From: Thalassolituus hydrocarboniclasticus
GTDB taxonomy: Bacteria > Pseudomonadota > Gammaproteobacteria > Pseudomonadales > Oceanobacteraceae
DNA: 32,000 bases
Assembly: GCF_025345565.1 (NCBI RefSeq)
Contig: NZ_CP054475.1
Span: 2,844,006 to 2,876,005 of the forward strand
Direction of reading: 5' to 3'
This document shows positions 30,601 through 32,000 of the stretch, piece after piece; the stretch's first letter is position 1; every line of letters starts with the position of its first letter. Made by a program: the position numbers and the translations under genes. The notes beneath the pieces are model-generated. The model was not told the DNA's origin and did not search any database. It saw only the letters and a list, made by a program, of their open reading frames with translations.

Positions 30601-31609
30601 ACATCATCGTACGGATGGTAGAGTCACCCAGTAACAGGCCCGCCTGTTGCTTGTCCACGTCATAACCGGACAGATCATCAACAAAGGTTTTCAGCTCATT
30701 ATAGGCATCGACAAAACCCTGAATACTTTCCGACAGTTTGTCGGTATCGGCACTGACTGTAACGCTGATGTTTTTACCGACATCGGCATTTTTAAGATTA
30801 AGGGTCACCCCTTTAATCACTTCATCTACGGAGTTACTGCTGCGGGTGATGGTCAGGCCGTTAACATTCAGCTGCGCGTCTTCGCCGCGGCTGGTCTGGC
30901 TCATATTGGCGGCAGTATTCTGGTTTTCATTAAAGGCCAGTGCACCCAGCCCGCCACTGAGCATCGCGCCGGACTCGTCCAGCGCGACAATACGCATGGC
31001 ATTTTCAGCCCCGGTTTCTTCCGAGGTCATCAGCAGACGATAGCCGCTGCCATCGTTGATGATACTGGCGGTTACACCCATATCGGCATTATTGATCGCG
31101 TCGCGGATACCGCTGAGGGTGCGGTTGGAGTCGTCGATAGTAATGGTTTTGCCGAGACGATCCGGATTCAGGTCTTGGCTGACAAAATTGCCGCCGGCGC
31201 CATAGGTGATATCACCAAAGGTAAATACCAGTTTTCCGATACCAATAATTTCGTCAAAGCTGCTGTAGGTTTGTGTTGCCAGGGAATGGGATTTAGCCGT
31301 GTTCAGCACTTCGACATTATAGGTGCCCGGCTCGGACAGGCTGGAGGTTGTTGCGGTCAGAATATCTTCATCAGACGACGTCGCCGTGGTTGAGCTTACC
31401 AGACTCGGGCTGGACAAATTGTTAGCCGCAGACTGTACCTTCGCCATCATCGACTGAATTTCACCATAGGCGGTGATTTTGGCTTCCACCAGCTGCTGAC
31501 GGCTATCCAGACGCAGCGATGTTGCCTCTTTCTCTGCACTGATGATTTTTTCCACCAGATCCGTAGTCAGAACTCCTGACCCTAATCCCAGTGATTCTAT
31601 CGACGCCAT
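27659..31609 (-). CDS. fliD: Flagellar hook-associated protein 2 (filament cap) FliD, unusually large at 1316 aa
   Basis: FliD N-terminus (MASIESLGLGSGVLTTDLVEKIISAEKE), FliD_C core (AQLNVNGLTITRSSNSVDEVIKGVTLNLK..., VDAYNELKTFVDDLSGYD...GLLLGDSTIRTMMSQIR) and coiled-coil C-terminus (RMEARISAQEARLKAQFLYNDSIISTLNTTLDYVKQQFEAMN). A single open frame throughout. Confidence 0.96.
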   Translation of the reverse strand: MASIESLGLGSGVLTTDLVEKIISAEKEATSLRLDSRQQLVEAKITAYGEIQSMMAKVQSAANNLSSPSLVSSTTATSSDEDILTATTSSLSEPGTYNVEVLNTAKSHSLATQTYSSFDEIIGIGKLVFTFGDITYGAGGNFVSQDLNPDRLGKTITIDDSNRTLSGIRDAINNADMGVTASIINDGSGYRLLMTSEETGAENAMRIVALDESGAMLSGGLGALAFNENQNTAANMSQTSRGEDAQLNVNGLTITRSSNSVDEVIKGVTLNLKNADVGKNISVTVSADTDKLSESIQGFVDAYNELKTFVDDLSGYDVDKQQAGLLLGDSTIRTMMSQIRAMISEPIVGLTGKYRSLTELGVDTNRDNDYQLDFNTAKFKKAMTEDRASIVGLLAKSGTTTDSQITYVNDSINTKPGTYDVNITQLASQAKYVGGSLSSLDFSSPVVIDESNDNFRINVNGQTASIELTHGSYSSGEDLAKQLALQINSSETLSKYGHSVSVDYSATDKNFSITSNKYGSESQVYFAAVDPNLANTLGFNKLGQGTYQGVELTTLNAEAFNGKGATTQIGNTSVSASTGINFSVSNASFSLDVDGNGPVAVVVNQNANGQDLNGDGVFGDRKDTLQAIQTAIDATALNGQVTASFDDNGYLIFETVAEGTARSIELTAVGTNTSDVQLGLNGTQGVQTNGKDPGLTFGSPVEFNVQVDGIESATKVSVPAGTYATGDALAAEIQNQLNITLAADANFAGAVKGAETATATRDISTNIDFSATNAGFRLNVSGVEKDVLVNSDSGDNIVDIQTALDNAFGAGVVSASLDGTGLKLTTVATGHEEYIEVVSDGRGAQSSSFADISAGIDFSGGQNATFTLTLDGVDINVDVSGDGTTGSNNADSNLIVIQQALDTALAATGQFAAGDVKARVDDSGQLYFETQSKDGVKTAATFGSGAALEIKNLGGTALSSLGLAAETVSNGYDGLGLTDTSRTFGYDLDAVVDYVYDPESDLGSLNITIGGQGTAVGFTGLDSSSIAFLGLQDVSQYSPSTAKGKDVAGTINGIEATGSGQFLRAVDGNVKASNGYYIGNEAADFSTPVNIDATNNTFKIKIDGVEAEVTLNQPATYNSGATLAQALQQAINDTAAFKDESIAVKVEFTDDPASFANNKFGIISASTGASSSVEIMDFSNEAAAVFGFVRGAGDGEPGKDQVGTIDDASGLRLKVTGGNVGERGSVTYITGFGDQLKDIMDSFLNGQKSVIGVKQSGLDDELEAVDEDRSRMEARISAQEARLKAQFLYNDSIISTLNTTLDYVKQQFEAMNNSKK
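28040..30289 (-). repeat. Divergent repeated beta-rich modules inserted in FliD (about aa 441-1190)
   Basis: Recurring pattern (I/V)(N/D)(F/I)..(T)N..F.(L/I).(V/I)(D/N)G....V......L..(I/A)(Q)..(I/L)(D/N).......VxAxxDDxGxLxFxT, e.g. GINFSVSNASFSLDVDG, NIDFSATNAGFRLNVSG, GIDFSGGQNATFTLTLDG, PVNIDATNNTFKIKIDG, PVVIDESNDNFRINVNG. Confidence 0.8.
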
Positions 31610-31667
31610 ACCTGTTCCCCCGTGTTACCGAACCATCCGGTCTGTATCAAGCTTAGATGGCCCTGAA

Positions 31668-31710
31668 ACAAAAAACCCTGTACTGGCTTTATCGGCCAAT
31701 GCAGGGTTTT
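31668..31710 (-). terminator. Rho-independent terminator between flaG and fliD
   Basis: Minus strand AAAACCCTGCATTGGC-CGATAAA-GCCAGTACAGGGTTTTTTGTTTC: long stem followed by a T-tract, about 40 bp past the flaG stop. Confidence 0.85.
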
Positions 31711-31746
31711 CTGAAGGGTTGTTTACCTAACCCATACACTGATCAC

Positions 31747-32000
31747 CTAAACTTGCGCGCTGAACAATAAAGATGGTTCCTCATCATTCAATTTCTGCGC
31801 CAGTTCCAGAGCCAGCTCACTGGGAATCTGTCGGATCAGTTCCGATGATGCCCGGTCATAGACGCGGATAATGGTTTTACCGCTATCTTCGTCCAGCTGG
31901 AAATCCAGTGTTCTTTCTGTTTGCTGTACATACTCATTGATACGGGAAATTGCTTCTCTGACCTGATCTTTATTCAGTTCCGCAACTTTCTCAGTTCCAA
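31747..32000 (-). CDS. flaG: FlaG family flagellar protein, N-terminus beyond the window
   Basis: Manual translation: ...VAELNKDQVREAISRINEYVQQTERTLDFQLDEDSGKTIIRVYDRASSELIRQIPSELALELAQKLNDEEPSLLFSAQV*. The stretch LDFQLDEDSGKTIIRVYDRASSELIRQIP is diagnostic of FlaG. Confidence 0.95.
   Translation of the reverse strand, partial: GTEKVAELNKDQVREAISRINEYVQQTERTLDFQLDEDSGKTIIRVYDRASSELIRQIPSELALELAQKLNDEEPSLLFSAQV

Noticed and set aside
30647-31393. 248 aa plus-strand ORF antisense to fliD
   Set aside because: Lies fully within the fliD coding region, is low in recognisable motifs, and is consistent with a shadow ORF.
1-32000. CRISPR arrays, transposases, integrases, attachment sites, tRNA or rRNA genes
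   Set aside because: No regularly spaced direct repeats, no transposase/integrase motifs and no tRNA/rRNA-like sequence recognised by reading; nearly all sequence is accounted for by the listed genes.

Overview
This 32 kb window is a flagellar/chemotaxis locus of a gammaproteobacterium, probably marine; that taxonomic guess comes only from gene content and order. Nearly all of it reads on the minus strand. In minus-strand order it carries flaG (partial), fliD, a SnoaL-like ORF, [bfd on +], prfB-lysS, ung, [a TPR-methyltransferase gene on +], fliS, fleQ/flrA, fleS/flrB, fleR/flrC, fliE-fliF-fliG-fliH-fliI-fliJ, then STAS-cheY-cheA-cheW-mcp-cheR-cheD-cheB-STAS and a truncated response regulator. 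Most genes are recognisable. The items most worth a second look are: (1) a very large FliD filament-cap protein (1316 aa) with about 800 aa of divergent beta-rich repeats and an EF-hand/dockerin-like loop; (2) an orphan TPR-methyltransferase with a near-perfect sigma-54 promoter, which suggests a flagellar-regulon modification enzyme; (3) an MCP with three tandem homologous PAS-like modules and a C-terminal EWAEF tether; (4) two STAS proteins and a response regulator bracketing the chemosensory operon, suggesting partner switching; (5) three sigma-54 promoter matches, a prfB +1 frameshift site, and a repeated Fur-box-like element before bfd. I found no CRISPR array, mobile element or RNA gene.
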